Source of the DNA: Chiloscyllium plagiosum
Taxonomy: Eukaryota
Assembly: GCF_004010195.1 (NCBI RefSeq)
Contig: NC_057714.1
Location: 10,935,028-10,999,027, forward strand
Reading direction: 5' to 3'
DNA: 64,000 nt
In this document: piece after piece, positions 25,261 to 36,881 of the stretch
Position numbering within the stretch: position 1 is the first letter of the stretch
Layout: each line of letters opens with the position of its first letter
Made by a program: the position numbers and the translations under genes
Notes under the pieces: model-generated
What the model was told of the DNA's origin: nothing
Databases searched by the model: none
The model's input: the letters and a program-made list of their open reading frames with translations, nothing else

Positions 25261-25400
25261 GGGAGATATGATGGACACAGAAGAGCTGGGAATGCAGCAG
25301 CAATCTTCTAACAAGGATAACTAGGACACACAGCAGGAGAAACATCATCTTCTGCAAAACAGAGCGCTGCAGTGTCAGACTCAAACTAGACAGGACTCAA

Positions 25401-25688
25401 TAGAATCATAGAAACTCTACAATATGGAAACAGGCCATTTGGCCCAACAAGTCTACACCCTCCCCTCCGAAGAGTAACTCACCCAGACCCATTCCACTAC
25501 CCTATTAGTCTACATTTACCCCTAACTAATGCACTTAACCTACACATCCCTGAACACTATGGACAATTTAGCATGGCCAATTCACTTAACCTGCACATCT
25601 TTGGACTATGGGAGGAAACCGGAGCACCCGGGGGAAATCCATGCAGACAAGGGGAGAATGTGCAAACTCCACACAGACAGTCACCAGA
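25401..25688 (-). mobile_element. HE1-type SINE, 5'-truncated
   Basis: Reverse complement of the HE1 tail (tagaatcatagaaactctac...ggaaacaggcc) and core (ggaggaaaccggagcacccgg, caaactccacacagacag). Confidence 0.9.
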
Positions 25689-26031
25689 GTTTAATGCCAA
25701 GTTCCAGTAAAGAAAAGGTGGGTGCACTGAGCACTCATATACTACAAATTTATTGCTGTTCAAAAGGCAAGCAGTACCTGTCTGTTCCCAGAGACAAATA
25801 CAGCCTCTGTTTGTAATTCTGTTTTGCTGTAAGTGAATAAAAGGGAAGACTCTCAATCATTTAAAAGGCCTTCCAAGATGTGATAGTCCCACACTGAACA
25901 ATGAGAACATATTCTGACACACTTGGAGAAAAAGGTAAAAACAATGACTGCAGATGCTGGAAACCAGATTCTGGATCAGTGGTGCTGGAAGAGCACAGCA
26001 ATTCAGGCAGCATCCGAGGACAGGCAAAATC

Positions 26032-26059
26032 GACGTTTCGGGCAAAAGCCCTTCATCAG
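26032..26059 (-). ncRNA. Minimal type I hammerhead ribozyme core (minus strand)
   Basis: Reverse complement is CTGATGA-A-GGGC-TTTT-GCCC-GAAA-CGTC. Confidence 0.75.
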
Positions 26060-26075
26060 GAATAAAGCTTTATTC

Positions 26076-26103
26076 CTGATGAAGGGCTTTTGCCCGAAAC
26101 GTC
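26076..26103 (+). ncRNA. Minimal type I hammerhead ribozyme core (plus strand)
   Basis: CTGATGA (26076-26082), stem II GGGC/GCCC with a TTTT loop, GAAA (26096-26099), then CGTC giving a GUC triplet inside a self-complementary ACGT. Confidence 0.75.
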
Positions 26104-27899
26104 GATTTTGCCTGTCCTCGGATGCTGCCTGAATTGCTGTGCTCTTCCAGCACCACTGATCCAGACACTTGGAGAAAAGACTGGCCTCCCTTAGATAGGG
26201 TTCTAAGATAGATGATGTCAAGGACGGGTAATCTGAGCAGCTTGCTTCTTAAGTAGCAGTACATTTCTGAATATGTACTTGTATTTGCAATAAAATGCCA
26301 GTTGTGCCACCTCTGTATCCTGAGAACCCATTTGTTTTTGGTTTGTCTCTCGTGTGCACAGTGAAAGCAACTTCTGACTCACAGCACGTGACCTGGTGTA
26401 CTGCTGGAATTGGCAATCAGGTCCTGGCTGTGGAGTACACTCCTGCCTCTGGCGAAAGGGAAGGTAGAATGATTGGGGCACTGTCGAAGCATGGTGCATC
26501 GGTAATAAGGCGAGTTTCAGAGAATAGATTGAGAAAACTCATTAGAACTCAGAGTACAAAAACTTTGCATGAAACTCGCCAAAAATCAATATTTCATCAA
26601 TTTCTGATCAATTCAGCCTATTAACTCTTTCACTTCCCATCGATGCCATTTGATTTGCTGAGCATTTCCATCATTTTCTGCAGCTTACCCAATCTTTCTC
26701 TACACTTAACTGCAATAGCAGCATTATTTTAGATCGCCCACAGGTTGCTTTGAAGTCCCAGCAGTATACTGTACCTTGTGAAAACAGCTCTAGTCATTTC
26801 CATAACCTACTCACTACATCAGCAGATTCATAGTGTGGTGAGTCAAATCAACCTTGCACATAATGGGCAAACAAAGTAAACAAATACAGCCCACAATCGT
26901 GACCTCTGAATGTTGGCAGTTGGCACCCCAGACAGTGATTATCAATTCAAAGACAATTCAGGATGTATAACTGAAAATACCTTTAAATACGTTGAGTGGT
27001 GGCAACGTGCTCAAACACATTAATTCAAGCCTACCTTCAGAAGGGAAGGACAAAGTGGCTCTTTTCTCCCTACTACCCCATATTGTTCATTTTAAGAAAT
27101 AATTTTAAATGGGGAAGATTTTGGAATATGTACATATTTGTACAACCTGATCTGATTAATGAAATCAGACACTCCTAAACTGTAGTTTGACCACTACAAA
27201 AGATAAAGCTCTCATTCGCTATCTTTAATGAAATGTGCTCCTCATAAATCATTTAACGTTCAAGGCTTCATCTATTTTATTCAATTCATTTCACTCTAAG
27301 AACAAGGTAGATTGAAAGTATCGCAGTAGGCCTGGTTTTCAAAGCAGTGAAGTTGCAAACCAATGCCGACATATGGTTTTAGGAGGAATAGTGATGTTTC
27401 AGAGTCTGAGTTCCGGCAGAGTGAATCCTCTGGATTATCAGCAACAAGATCTTTGAGGATACAGAGCAATCACAATATTTGCAAGTTCACATAATGCTCC
27501 TCTTTAGTCCCATGTTGTACCAACTGAATGAATAAAACTCAAAGATGTATTTTGCTCCATTTTTCACACTACTTATTTTGAAATCATTAATATTGATGAA
27601 TGCATTATTTTTACAGTACTAATTATCATGTTGAAAATCAAACCGTGCAAAATTTATGATCCTATTAATTCATGAAATTTCACGGTAAATAATTTGCAAG
27701 AAATGGCAGTTTCGCTATACTTGCAAGCTGCAGTTCACAAATTTAAAAAAAAGACGAAAAAAAGCTGGCAAAACCCTGATTATTATTTAGAAGTTACTTC
27801 AAACGGATGCGCGAGTGAAGACTTAGCCAGAAATTGAAGCCTTATTCTATAAAAGCACAGGAACCTTCCCAATTGTAGCAGAAGGAGCGTGATTCTTAC

Positions 27900-27919
27900 T
27901 TGGCATGCTGATTTTCCAT
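27900..27919 (-). CDS. Candidate short alternative first coding exon (MENQHA-K/N, phase 2)
   Basis: GCAATGG Kozak context, ATG GAA AAT CAG CAT GCC AA|GTAAGA. Lies in a ~2-kb TE-free island that retains CpGs. Confidence 0.4.
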
Positions 27920-28365
27920 TGCAACTTCTATTCGACAAAAAACTATCCTAGGCACCAACAACCACATCTCTGGACTAGTCACTCATTAGTGCAATAGCGC
28001 ATTACTTTAAATATGTATGGGGTTTCGTTAACGAGCAGCTAAAGCGTACAGTATTTTATCAACAGGAAGCTAGACATCCTTCATAATTTATTCATTCAGC
28101 AGTGAACAGTTGCTAGCAAGCATTAATGCAGCATTTCCTATACAATGCTTTTACAAGCTAGGTCCAGTTACTTTTTTTCCAATGCAACAATTTTGTATGT
28201 GCTCTACAGGAAGCACTAAGAAGTAACAAAAGATTGTATTGCATCAAAACCACCTAATTTCTTAGAACGAAGTTCGTTACCACTACCGGTGTTCTTAGAG
28301 TTCGAGCAATGCAACCTAACACTTCAACTAATTATAACCAATGAAGACTCACGGTTCGTGCTCAC

Positions 28366-28460
28366 CTGGTTATTAAGTATTTGCATATTCTGGACAAGTA
28401 GCACAATAATGGACCTTGCAAAGTGCAGGGTTTTGTAACATGAAACAAAATCTCAGTCAT
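28366..28460 (-). CDS. Candidate alternative first exon (phase 2; could be non-coding)
   Basis: Donor CAG|GTGAGC at 28366/28365. ATG at 28460 is open: MTEILFHVTKPCTLQGPLLCYLSRICKYLIT(R/S). Confidence 0.3.
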
Positions 28461-28513
28461 AACAAAAAAAGGGTTCTCCCCACTCCCCCAAACCAGGGCT
28501 GCAATGAGACAAG

Positions 28514-28526
28514 GCAGCCAATCAGA
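28514..28526. promoter_or_regulatory. NF-Y-type CCAAT box upstream (minus-strand sense) of the candidate first exons
   Basis: gcagccaatcaga matches the extended NF-Y consensus; a C-rich ctcccccactccccc tract lies at ~28476-28490. Confidence 0.45.
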
Positions 28527-28784
28527 AACAGTTTTAAAATCAGCATGTCTAAAAAGTCCCTGTCCTCTATAAATAATTCTTCCTAACCTAGCTACTGTTT
28601 CAGTTTGACTTTTTGGCCAAGGTTACTCAAAAGATATGTTTGTTTTTGACAACCTATCTGTAGTGAAATAATCTATAATTAGGAGTTTTTTTTAAATACT
28701 CTAGACCTGGTCAAAAAGTTAAAGTGCAGATGTAAAGTCCCTCATATCAATGCAATAAGGTAAATTGGAAGTACACCAATTTCT

Positions 28785-29064
28785 TTTAGATTCCCTACTG
28801 TGTGGAAACAGGCCCTTCGGCCCAATAAGTCTTTCCGAAGAGCAACCCACCCAGACCCATTTCCTGCTAAGTAATGCAACTAACACTATGGGCAATTTAG
28901 CATGTCCACTTCACCTGCCCTGCACATCTTTAGATTGTGGGAGGAAACTGGAGCACCCAGAGAAAACCCACGCAGACACAGGGAGGATGTGCAAACTCCA
29001 CACAGACAGTCGTTGGAATCGAACCTGAGTCCCTGGCAGCAGTGCTAACCACCAAGCCACCGTG
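28785..29064 (-). mobile_element. HE1-type SINE
   Basis: Reverse complement has head cacggtggcttggtggttagcactgctgcc, B-box ggttcgattcc, HE1 core and tail. Confidence 0.9.
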
Positions 29065-29922
29065 AATTTATTAAATGGAAAGACAATGCACAAGTGTGTT
29101 AAAATGTTGCTGAATTATATTCTCTTAAGAGCATTTATAAAATACCATCTATCGGTCTTTAGCTCGCAGTTTGCCACAACATTTCAACGACTTCTATTTT
29201 ACACACTCGCACCTCCAAATGCTGATATCTCCTCGTCCCCAGGAACACTATTGATGAAATTTTCCCATTCACTGAACAATGAGGCAATGGCAAATCGATT
29301 GAGAAAATATGATTTCTGAAGGAAAAAAAGTTCAATTTTCCACCCAAGGTTTTAACAGCAAGGTAAGAATGTAATTAGTGAGCAATGATAGGCTTATTTG
29401 CAAGCAGTAATATTTTCTTATTACCTATTACCTCAGCTCATTTATATGAGGATAGCAGCTTTCTATTTTCTGACAAGGTGGAGAGAAATTAGACAGTGAC
29501 AATTCCTGATATGAAAGTCAGGCCAGGTTCCAATTTGCCACTTGCTCCTCTGGGCCCCCACTTGGCCAGCATTCCCTAACATTTCAAGGTACACTCCACA
29601 GGCAGTGACCACTTGCACCCTTGTATGAAGGGTGGCCTCAGACATGCACCAGCCTCAGCACATCTATGACTCACTTAGCACATGGTTATCCACTTCAATG
29701 CTGCAATTTAGAGTGTACTGAAACCTTGCTTTGTAATATTGTTGCCAGGCCTGTATGTGCAGGGACAGGCATCTTACTCTCTTAGCATTCATTCACTTTG
29801 TGCCTACTTGAATGCTCACTGCATCACTGCCTTGCCATATCATTCAGAACTTACAGGCTCACAATATTCTATCTTGCCCTGCCCTTGCAGTGTAGGCAGA
29901 GCCAGGCAACTTGTCATGTTTG

Positions 29923-30097
29923 GGAGAAAGTGAGGACTGCAGATGCTGAAATCAGAGTCGAAAAGTGTGGTGCTAGAAAAGCACAGGCGTTCAGGCAGCA
30001 TCCAAGGAGCCTGACAAAGAGCTTATGCTTGAAACATCGACTCGCCTGCTCCTCGGATGCTGCCTGACTGGCTGTGCTTTTCCAACACCACACTTTT
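29923..30097. mobile_element. Penelope-like inverted-repeat element, family A, centrally deleted
   Basis: Arm gaggactgcagatgctg..., degenerate core ctgacaaagagcttatgcttgaaacatc, and an imperfect 16-bp TSD caacttgtca(tg/ca)tttg. Confidence 0.8.
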
Positions 30098-30499
30098 CAA
30101 CTTGTCACATTTGCCAATATTGATCAGTCAAGGGGCAGGATGTGTTGCTGCACAGCACTGTGTTACATTAACATGACACGAACACCATATGTCAGTAGCT
30201 CATGTGGCAAAAGCACTGTGTGTTTCAACCAAATGATCATGTCTCAAAATCAATAGGGAGCAGTCCTTAATTACATCGAGACAGACTGCCATCAATGCCA
30301 CCAAAGGCAGTCAGTCAAGGGCTGCATCTGATCTCAGTTCAACATCTTGGACACAGTCAATCAGCCATTTGGGGTGATCAGGGTCAGAAACAGAGGCAAT
30401 TTCTGATGATAGAGTGTCCGTTGGGGCTGAAGTACAAAAAAATACAGCAAAAGAAAGATAACATTGCTAGGCGTAGCGTACAGACCCCGAGACAGTCGC

Positions 30500-32930
30500 A
30501 ATTCTGTTAGAAAGACTATAAATAAACAAATAATAGCAGCATGTAAAAATATAATAATTATGGGTGACTTTAATCTTCACGTTTAGTGAGTTAACCAAAT
30601 TGGAAAGGGTAGCTATGTCAACAAACTCAGTGTACATTATGGATAGATTCCTAGAGCAATATGTCATGGAGCCAACTAGGGAAAAGGCTATCTTGGATCT
30701 GGTAATGAGTAATGAGACAAGTTTAATAAATGAATGCAACATAAAGTTCCCCATGGAACTAGTGATCACAACATGATTGAATTGAATATCAAATTCTAGA
30801 ATGAGAAACTTGGGTTGGAAACAACTGTATTTGACTTAAAGAAAGGGAATCACAATAAAATGAGGATACAGTTAGCTAAAATTATCTTGGCAGATAAATT
30901 AGCAAGAGTGACAGCAAGCAAGCAGTGGTGGACATTTAATAAAAGGATTTCAGGACTCAGGGAAATAAATCCCAGTAGGGAGGAAAGATCCCAAGAGAGG
31001 GATAAACTAACTATGGCTAACTAAGTAAGTTCAGCAAAGTATAAAGTTTAAAAAAATAGCATTTAAGGAAGTTTAAGTCAGTGCTAGCTGCAAAGACTGG
31101 GATAAAATTCAGAATTCAGCAAAGGAGGACTAAAAAAAAAGATAGAGAAAATCAACTACCAAGGCAAACTAGCAAGGAATATAAAAACTGACAATAACAG
31201 TTTCTTTAAATATATAAAAAGGAAGGGAGAAATGTTAAAGTGAACAAAGGCTTCTTAGAATAGGAAGCTGGTAAGACGGTATTAGGATGAAGGAAGTGGC
31301 AGGGGAGTTAAATAGATACTTTCCATGAGTCTTTATAGAGGAACATACTTCGAACATCCCATTAATACAAAATAATATGGGGGGGGGGAATTAAGTATCA
31401 TCACTCAAGACATAGTATTAGACAAAATAAATGGGGCGAAAGGCAAATAAGCTCCTTGGCCCTGAAGGTTTGCATCCTAGGATCCTAAAACAGGTAGCTA
31501 CAGAGATAGTTGATGCATCAATTGTAATTTTCCAAAAAGTCTTTGGATTCTGAAGGAGCATCAGTAAAATGGAAAACTGCCAATGTGACACCCTATTCAA
31601 AGAGGGAGGCAAAGAGTGGGTAATGACAGTCTGATTAGCCTAACATCTATTGTTGGCAAAGTACTGGAATCAATTATTAAGGAAGCAATAAGAGAACATT
31701 TGGAAAATCATAATCTAATCAAACAGAATCAGCATAGCTTCATGAAAGGGAAATCTTGTCTGACTAATTTACTAGAGTTTTTTGAGGAAGTCTCAACCAG
31801 ACTTGTATTCGGATTTCCAGAAGGCATTCATCAAGGTACCTCACAAAATATCAAGTCATAAGATAAAAGCCCAGTGTTGGAAGTAGTATACTAGCATGGA
31901 TAGAGAATTGGCTAATGGGTGAGGATTAGGATTTTGCTTCAGGTTGGTAACCCTTTCCACAGCAACCAGTGTTGGGATCTCAACTACTTACAATACATAT
32001 TAATAATCTGGAAGGAGGAAGTAAACCTACTAATGCCAAATTTGCACATGACACAAATATAGGTGGAAAGGCGAGAGGGATACAAACAGCTTACAGGTAG
32101 ATATTGAAAGTTGGCAAATGGAGTATAATGTGGAAAATGTGAAGTTGTTCATTTTGGAAGGGAGAACAAAAGAACTGAGTATTATTTAAGTGGAGAAAAA
32201 CACGCAGAGAGCTGCAACACAAAGGGACTTGGAGTACTTGCACATGCATCTAGAAAGCTAGCACACAGTGTGCAGCAGGGAATCAGGAAGTGAATGGAAT
32301 GCTGACCTTTATTTCAAGGGAATTGGAGTATAAGGGTAGGGAATTCTTACTGCAACTGTACAAGGTGAGACTCCATCTGGGGAACTGAACAGTTTGATCC
32401 CCTTATTTAAGGAAAGCTATCATTTCATTGGAGGCAGTTCAGTAAAGGTTCACTAGGATGATGCTTGGTATGGAGGGATTGTCTTATGAGCAAAGGCTAA
32501 ACATGTTGGGACTCTACTCACTGGAATGAGAGGTGATCTCCTTGAAATTGAAATATTTAGAATTCTTCAGGGGCTTGACAGGACAAATGCCTAATGGATG
32601 TTGCCCATCATGAGGGAAGTCTAGGACCAGAGAGCAAGGTTTCAGAATAATAAAAAAAAAACAATTTAAGGCTGAGTTGAGGAAGAATTTCTTCTCTCAG
32701 AGTGTCGTGTCTCTTTGGAACTCCTTGCCATGGGGGGCACAGAGCTCATGTGCATTTAAGGCTGAGATATTTAGATTCTTGATCAGTAGGGGAAATCAAG
32801 AGTTATGAGGAAAGGACAAGAAAGTGGGTGTAAGGAATGCGAGATCAGCCATGATGCTACTGAATGGCGGAACAGACTGAGGGCTTCAACGACCTACTCC
32901 TTTTCCTATCTCTCTCTTATGGCCTTATGC
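30500..32930 (+). mobile_element. Decayed CR1 LINE (EN C-terminal half, RT, 3' tail)
   Basis: IIMGDFN, EPTREKAILDLVMSNE and SDH; ISLTSIVGKVLESIIK and KGKSCLTNLLEFFEEV; tail cttatggccttatg. Confidence 0.9.
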
Positions 32931-33380
32931 ATCAGGGGTTCCATATTGTTACGGTCAATAGAGTGGACCATGGTCAGTCCTGCAGGTTAAAAGCAACCAG
33001 TCCAGGAATGAATATCGGTCAGAGTTGTGCAGAAACAATTGTAGTCTGGTCACTCATCAGTTGGGGCTGCCCTTTCTAGTTGGTCAGGGGTGTGGGCCAT
33101 GGTCAGTTCTAAAACAACACCCAAATTTCCCTCCTCAACCACATTAACTGATATTGTCAAATGTTGTTTTCCCTCTCTTTTATGTCTGCATCACCTTCGC
33201 CTTGCAAAAAACTTACTGACCCCACCATCCTTCCAAAGTACTGTCCCATATCCAGTCACTCCCTTTTCTCTCCAAAGTCTTTGAATAGGTTATCATTTCC
33301 CAAAGCTAATCCCATCTTTTTCAGAACACCATGTTTGAAACCCACAATCAGGTGAACTTCTCTGCCCCTGTATTGAAACT

Positions 33381-33502
33381 AGAAGAAAGTGAGGACTGCA
33401 GATGCTGGAGATCAGAGCTGAAAAATGTGTTGCTGGAAAAGCGCAGCAGGTCAGGCAGCATCCAAGGAGCAGGAGAATCGATGTTTCGGGCATAAGCCCT
33501 TC
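33381..33502 (-). mobile_element. Penelope-like element, family A, single arm
   Basis: Reverse complement is AGAAGGGCTTATGCCCGAAACATCGATTCTCCTGCTCC...CAGTCCTCACTTTC; the 5' part of the core is truncated. Confidence 0.82.
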
Positions 33503-33640
33503 TGACAAAATTGAATTTCTTGTCCTCTACCTGTTTGCAAACTTTGACATGGCTAACCATACAATCCACTTCCAATGCCTCGCCATTCTCATCCAGGTGG
33601 TATCATTGCTACTCATCTGGCCATAACCAGAGAATTATCT

Positions 33641-33950
33641 AAAGAACAAAGAACAAGGAAAACTTACAGCCCAGAAACAGGTCCTTCGGCCCTCCAAGCC
33701 TGAGCCGATCCAAATCTACTGTCTAAACCGGTCACCCAATTCCTAAGCATCTGTATCCCTCTGCTCCTCACCTACTCATAAATCTGTCCAGACACATCTT
33801 GAATGAATCTACCGTGCCTGCCTCTACTACCTCTGCTGGCAATACGTTCCAGGCACCTACCACCCTCTGTGTAAAGTATTTACCGCATGTATCTGCCTTA
33901 AGCTTTTCACCTCTCACCTTGAAAGCGTGCACTGTGGTCTCTTCTTCTGC
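33641..33950 (-). mobile_element. CR1 LINE 3' end with a (TTCTTTG)n tail
   Basis: Tail reverse complement aaagaacaaagaacaag. The minus strand encodes YFTQRVVGAWNVLPAEVVEAGTV. Confidence 0.85.
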
Positions 33951-35982
33951 AACATTACTTCTGCTGGCCTTCTGTTTCTCATCATCTGCTGCCCCTGGTC
34001 AACATTATCCTTATGCACAGCTTTATGTCGTATATGTATGTTGAAAAAAAAAAATACCCAGCTCCACTGCACCACTTTTCATAACTCCTGCACTGTTGCT
34101 AAATTATCAGAGCACTTAACTGCTGTCTTGTACTGGATGACCTGAAATTTCATCCAATTAAATACCGTTAAGTTTGGAGCCACAGTTTTTGGTTCCTGCT
34201 CTAAGCTCTGTTCTATAGCCACTGACTTCAATCTCTTTCCCTGGCAACAGTCGGAGATTAAGCCAGTCATTTGCAATCTCATGTCACATTTTATGCTGAG
34301 GTAAACTTCTGTCCTCAGGTTCGTGCTAAGACTGTATATTTCCACCTACGTAACATTTTCGTACTTCATCCCTATCTCAGCTCATGTGCTGCTCAAGCCT
34401 TTACTCATAGCTGGGTTACTTCTAGACCCTAGATACCCTATCTAGACTTCTAGATACATTTCAACACATAGCTGGCTGGTCGCTCATATTCTACTCCGTA
34501 TGAATGAGATCATTCAAAATTTTTCACTCACATCTTAACTCACAGTAAGTCCCATTCCTTTATCATGCAACACTGAGATTTTAAAATTCTGATACTTGCT
34601 TTCAAGTCCCTTTCTGGCTTTCCTTCTCCCATCTTTGTAATCTACCCCAGCCCCACAATCCTCAAAAGATATTTGTGCTCATCTTGTGTGGGCCTCTTTT
34701 GCTTTCCCATATTAATTGCTCTACCATCAGTGGCTGCCCTATACACTCCTAACCTTACACTTCACTTTTAGATACACTTAAACATTGCTCTTTGACCAAG
34801 CTCTTGGTGATCTAACTAAATACCCTCCTGTATGACTTGGTATCATACTTTGTTATGCTCCTGTTACGTACCTTTGGACATTCCATTGCACAAACTATAC
34901 CGAATAATTAATATGCATTGCTTGGACTGGCCACAATTGCCTTTATGTGAATACATTTTTAAACTGAATTCTCCAGGAAAAGCTTAGCAAGGCTATGTCA
35001 AAATAATACCAACCTAAGTAGCCACTAGAAGACAGAACAACAGCTAACTCCAGATTAATGATAGCTGAAAATGTCTACTTGTTTCGCTTCATTTGGCGCT
35101 ATACAATTTGAATGTCATTTTTACAGGAAACACCATATACTATGGCAAACGTTAAATGATTAACCTGATCATTAAACTAATTCACTAGAAGATACTCACA
35201 AATATCTCTGCAACAGCACTCAGCTTTATTCTCTCTATCTTTTCTGATGCCGATAAAATAATTATCTTGTGGTTTTCAGCTCTGACAAGAGGTTATACCC
35301 ATAAGATTACCTGGTCTTATTTTTCAACAGATACCAAGAAGTTTCCTGTACATTTCTAGAATTTTCTGGTTTTGTTTCTTATATAGACAGCAATTATGTT
35401 GTAATTCCAAATGTGGAGCAGTGAGTACAGGTGTTATAAACATACATATTTGTCCTGTTTTCTACTAGACCCTGAAATTAGAAGATCATAACTTATACAT
35501 TTTAACACACATGCTTCATAAAGTATGTTTCCAGTTTGTTTTCAATTCAAAAACAGGATTACTGTCACAGCAAACAAATTTTGAGTTTTGATTCAATTGG
35601 CATGATGTGAAGACAAAGTTTAATTATTTTTAAGACCCAAGAAACAGGAAAAACATTTGTGTTGCGACCTGGTCCATTGTTAGCATCATGTCTTGGCAGA
35701 CTCCCTTTTGGACCGATTGATCAAATCGCCAAGGGTTTCCATCTTTAACATGAATTAAAGCTTCTAAATAAGAGATTTACAATTTACGATTGGCAAGAAG
35801 GGCAAATAACTGGGCAAGTTGGGGTTGAAGAGATACTGGCCTCCTTCTCACCACCTCCACAATTGTGTTGGATACAAGGATACATTGAGGACTTTCTCCA
35901 CTCACCACTCAAGGGGTCAATTAATAGCCCCTTAAGAACGTCAACTCACTTCTTGCCAACTATATCATTGGGTCAGTGAACT

Positions 35983-36105
35983 TAAAACAAAATACCGCTC
36001 ATGCTGGAGGTGTGAAATAAAAGCAGAAAATGCTGTCTGGCCGTAACTGTGGAGAGTGAAACAAAGTTAACATTTTGACCATAATATGTCTCTTCCTCAG
36101 AATTC
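35983..36105 (-). mobile_element. Old Penelope-like element, family C, degenerate hammerhead
   Basis: Reverse complement TTCTGAGGAAGAGACATATTATGGTCAAAATGTTAACTTTG, followed by the cagcattttctgcttttatttc tail. Resembles 61478-61600. Confidence 0.6.
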
Positions 36106-36544
36106 AAGGGAAGTGGAAAAGAATAATTTTTACGTTGTTGACGGGGGGGGGGGGGGAACGGGGGAACAGGCGGTGGGAGGATGAGCGAGTGGAGCAGATG
36201 ATGAGGGAGATCCAGCCCCAAAGCTGCGTCTTTCTTTGGTTTCTCACCTATATCCACTCATGCCCTAAGCTTTTCTCATCCATTTCTATTCCTGCTAAGG
36301 TTTGACTAACCAAGTTCCCTTTGTTCAGAGTGCTAAATAGTTTTACTTAAAAGTAAAACTTTAACTCAAAACTTGTAATCAGTTTTATATCATACCTTAG
36401 GACAACTTGGCGAAATAAAGAAATTGAGAAAACTAATATCAGCATCAGGGCACACAATCTGCTATGAAAGAATCATACTTATACATGTACAGACTTTTTG
36501 TGTAAATCGGATATCCAGTGAACTGTGTTATAAATGAGAAGATT

Positions 36545-36660
36545 TGGGCTCTTGTGATTCAGTGGCAGTGTCCCTTTCTCTGAAACAGGTCAGGTTCAAG
36601 TCCCACCTGCTCCAGAGGTGTGCAATAACATCTCTGAACAGATTGATCAGAAAATAAAAA
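36545..36660 (+). mobile_element. Short tRNA-derived SINE
   Basis: A-box-like tgattcagtggcagtg, B-box ggttcaagtccc, A-rich end. Confidence 0.55.
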
Positions 36661-36881
36661 ACAATATTTTTATGTAAGATTAGTCATGTCATTGGGATTT
36701 TGTTTAATGTAGCAATATTAAACTCTCCAGTCAGCAATGTCAGGGAAATAAATAAGATGACTATGTCATCAGAGTACAACAGAATATATGTAATACTTAT
36801 AACATCCACTCAACTTTGCTTACAATGACGTGGATTGTTTTATATTGACTAAATAAAACAAAGGACACCGTTACAAAAATA

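Larger units (their letters stand above)
25933..26164. mobile_element. Young Penelope-like element, family A: perfect 194-bp palindrome plus a 38-bp unique end
   Basis: 25971-26164 is its own reverse complement, centred on aag/ctt at 26067/26068. 14-bp TSD acacttggagaaaa (25919-25932 and 26165-26178). Confidence 0.92.
33100..34900 (+). mobile_element. Old L2-like LINE RT and 3' end, interrupted by insertions
   Basis: DPTILPKYCPIS..PFLSKVFE (L2-type YRPIS-LPFLSK), a broken YADDTQL region near 34010-34070, YFHLRNI, and VTSR. Confidence 0.7.

Noticed and set aside
25933-26164. Palindromic elements as DNA-transposon MITEs, miRNA genes or CRISPR repeats
   Set aside because: TSD lengths vary from 8 to 16 bp, one end is asymmetric, single-arm copies exist and a hammerhead core is present, which fits Penelope-like retroelements better. 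There is no repeat-spacer array.
26375-26392. Adjacent AP-1 (tgactca) and E-box (cacgtgac) motifs
   Set aside because: Short motifs are expected by chance in 64 kb and there is no independent support.
12065-27919. Naming the host gene from short peptide resemblances (CICSLG to an SSH2 isoform; MENQHAK to the CROT N-terminus)
   Set aside because: The matches are only 6-7 residues with no supporting context, so no gene symbol is assigned.
29460-30400. A second Harbinger transposase relic
   Set aside because: Only isolated, out-of-order motif resemblances (for example WGDQG); too decayed to support.
36143-36180. G-runs as functional G-quadruplexes (also 15940-15965)
   Set aside because: Simple homopolymer-rich tracts next to or within repeats, with no evidence of function.
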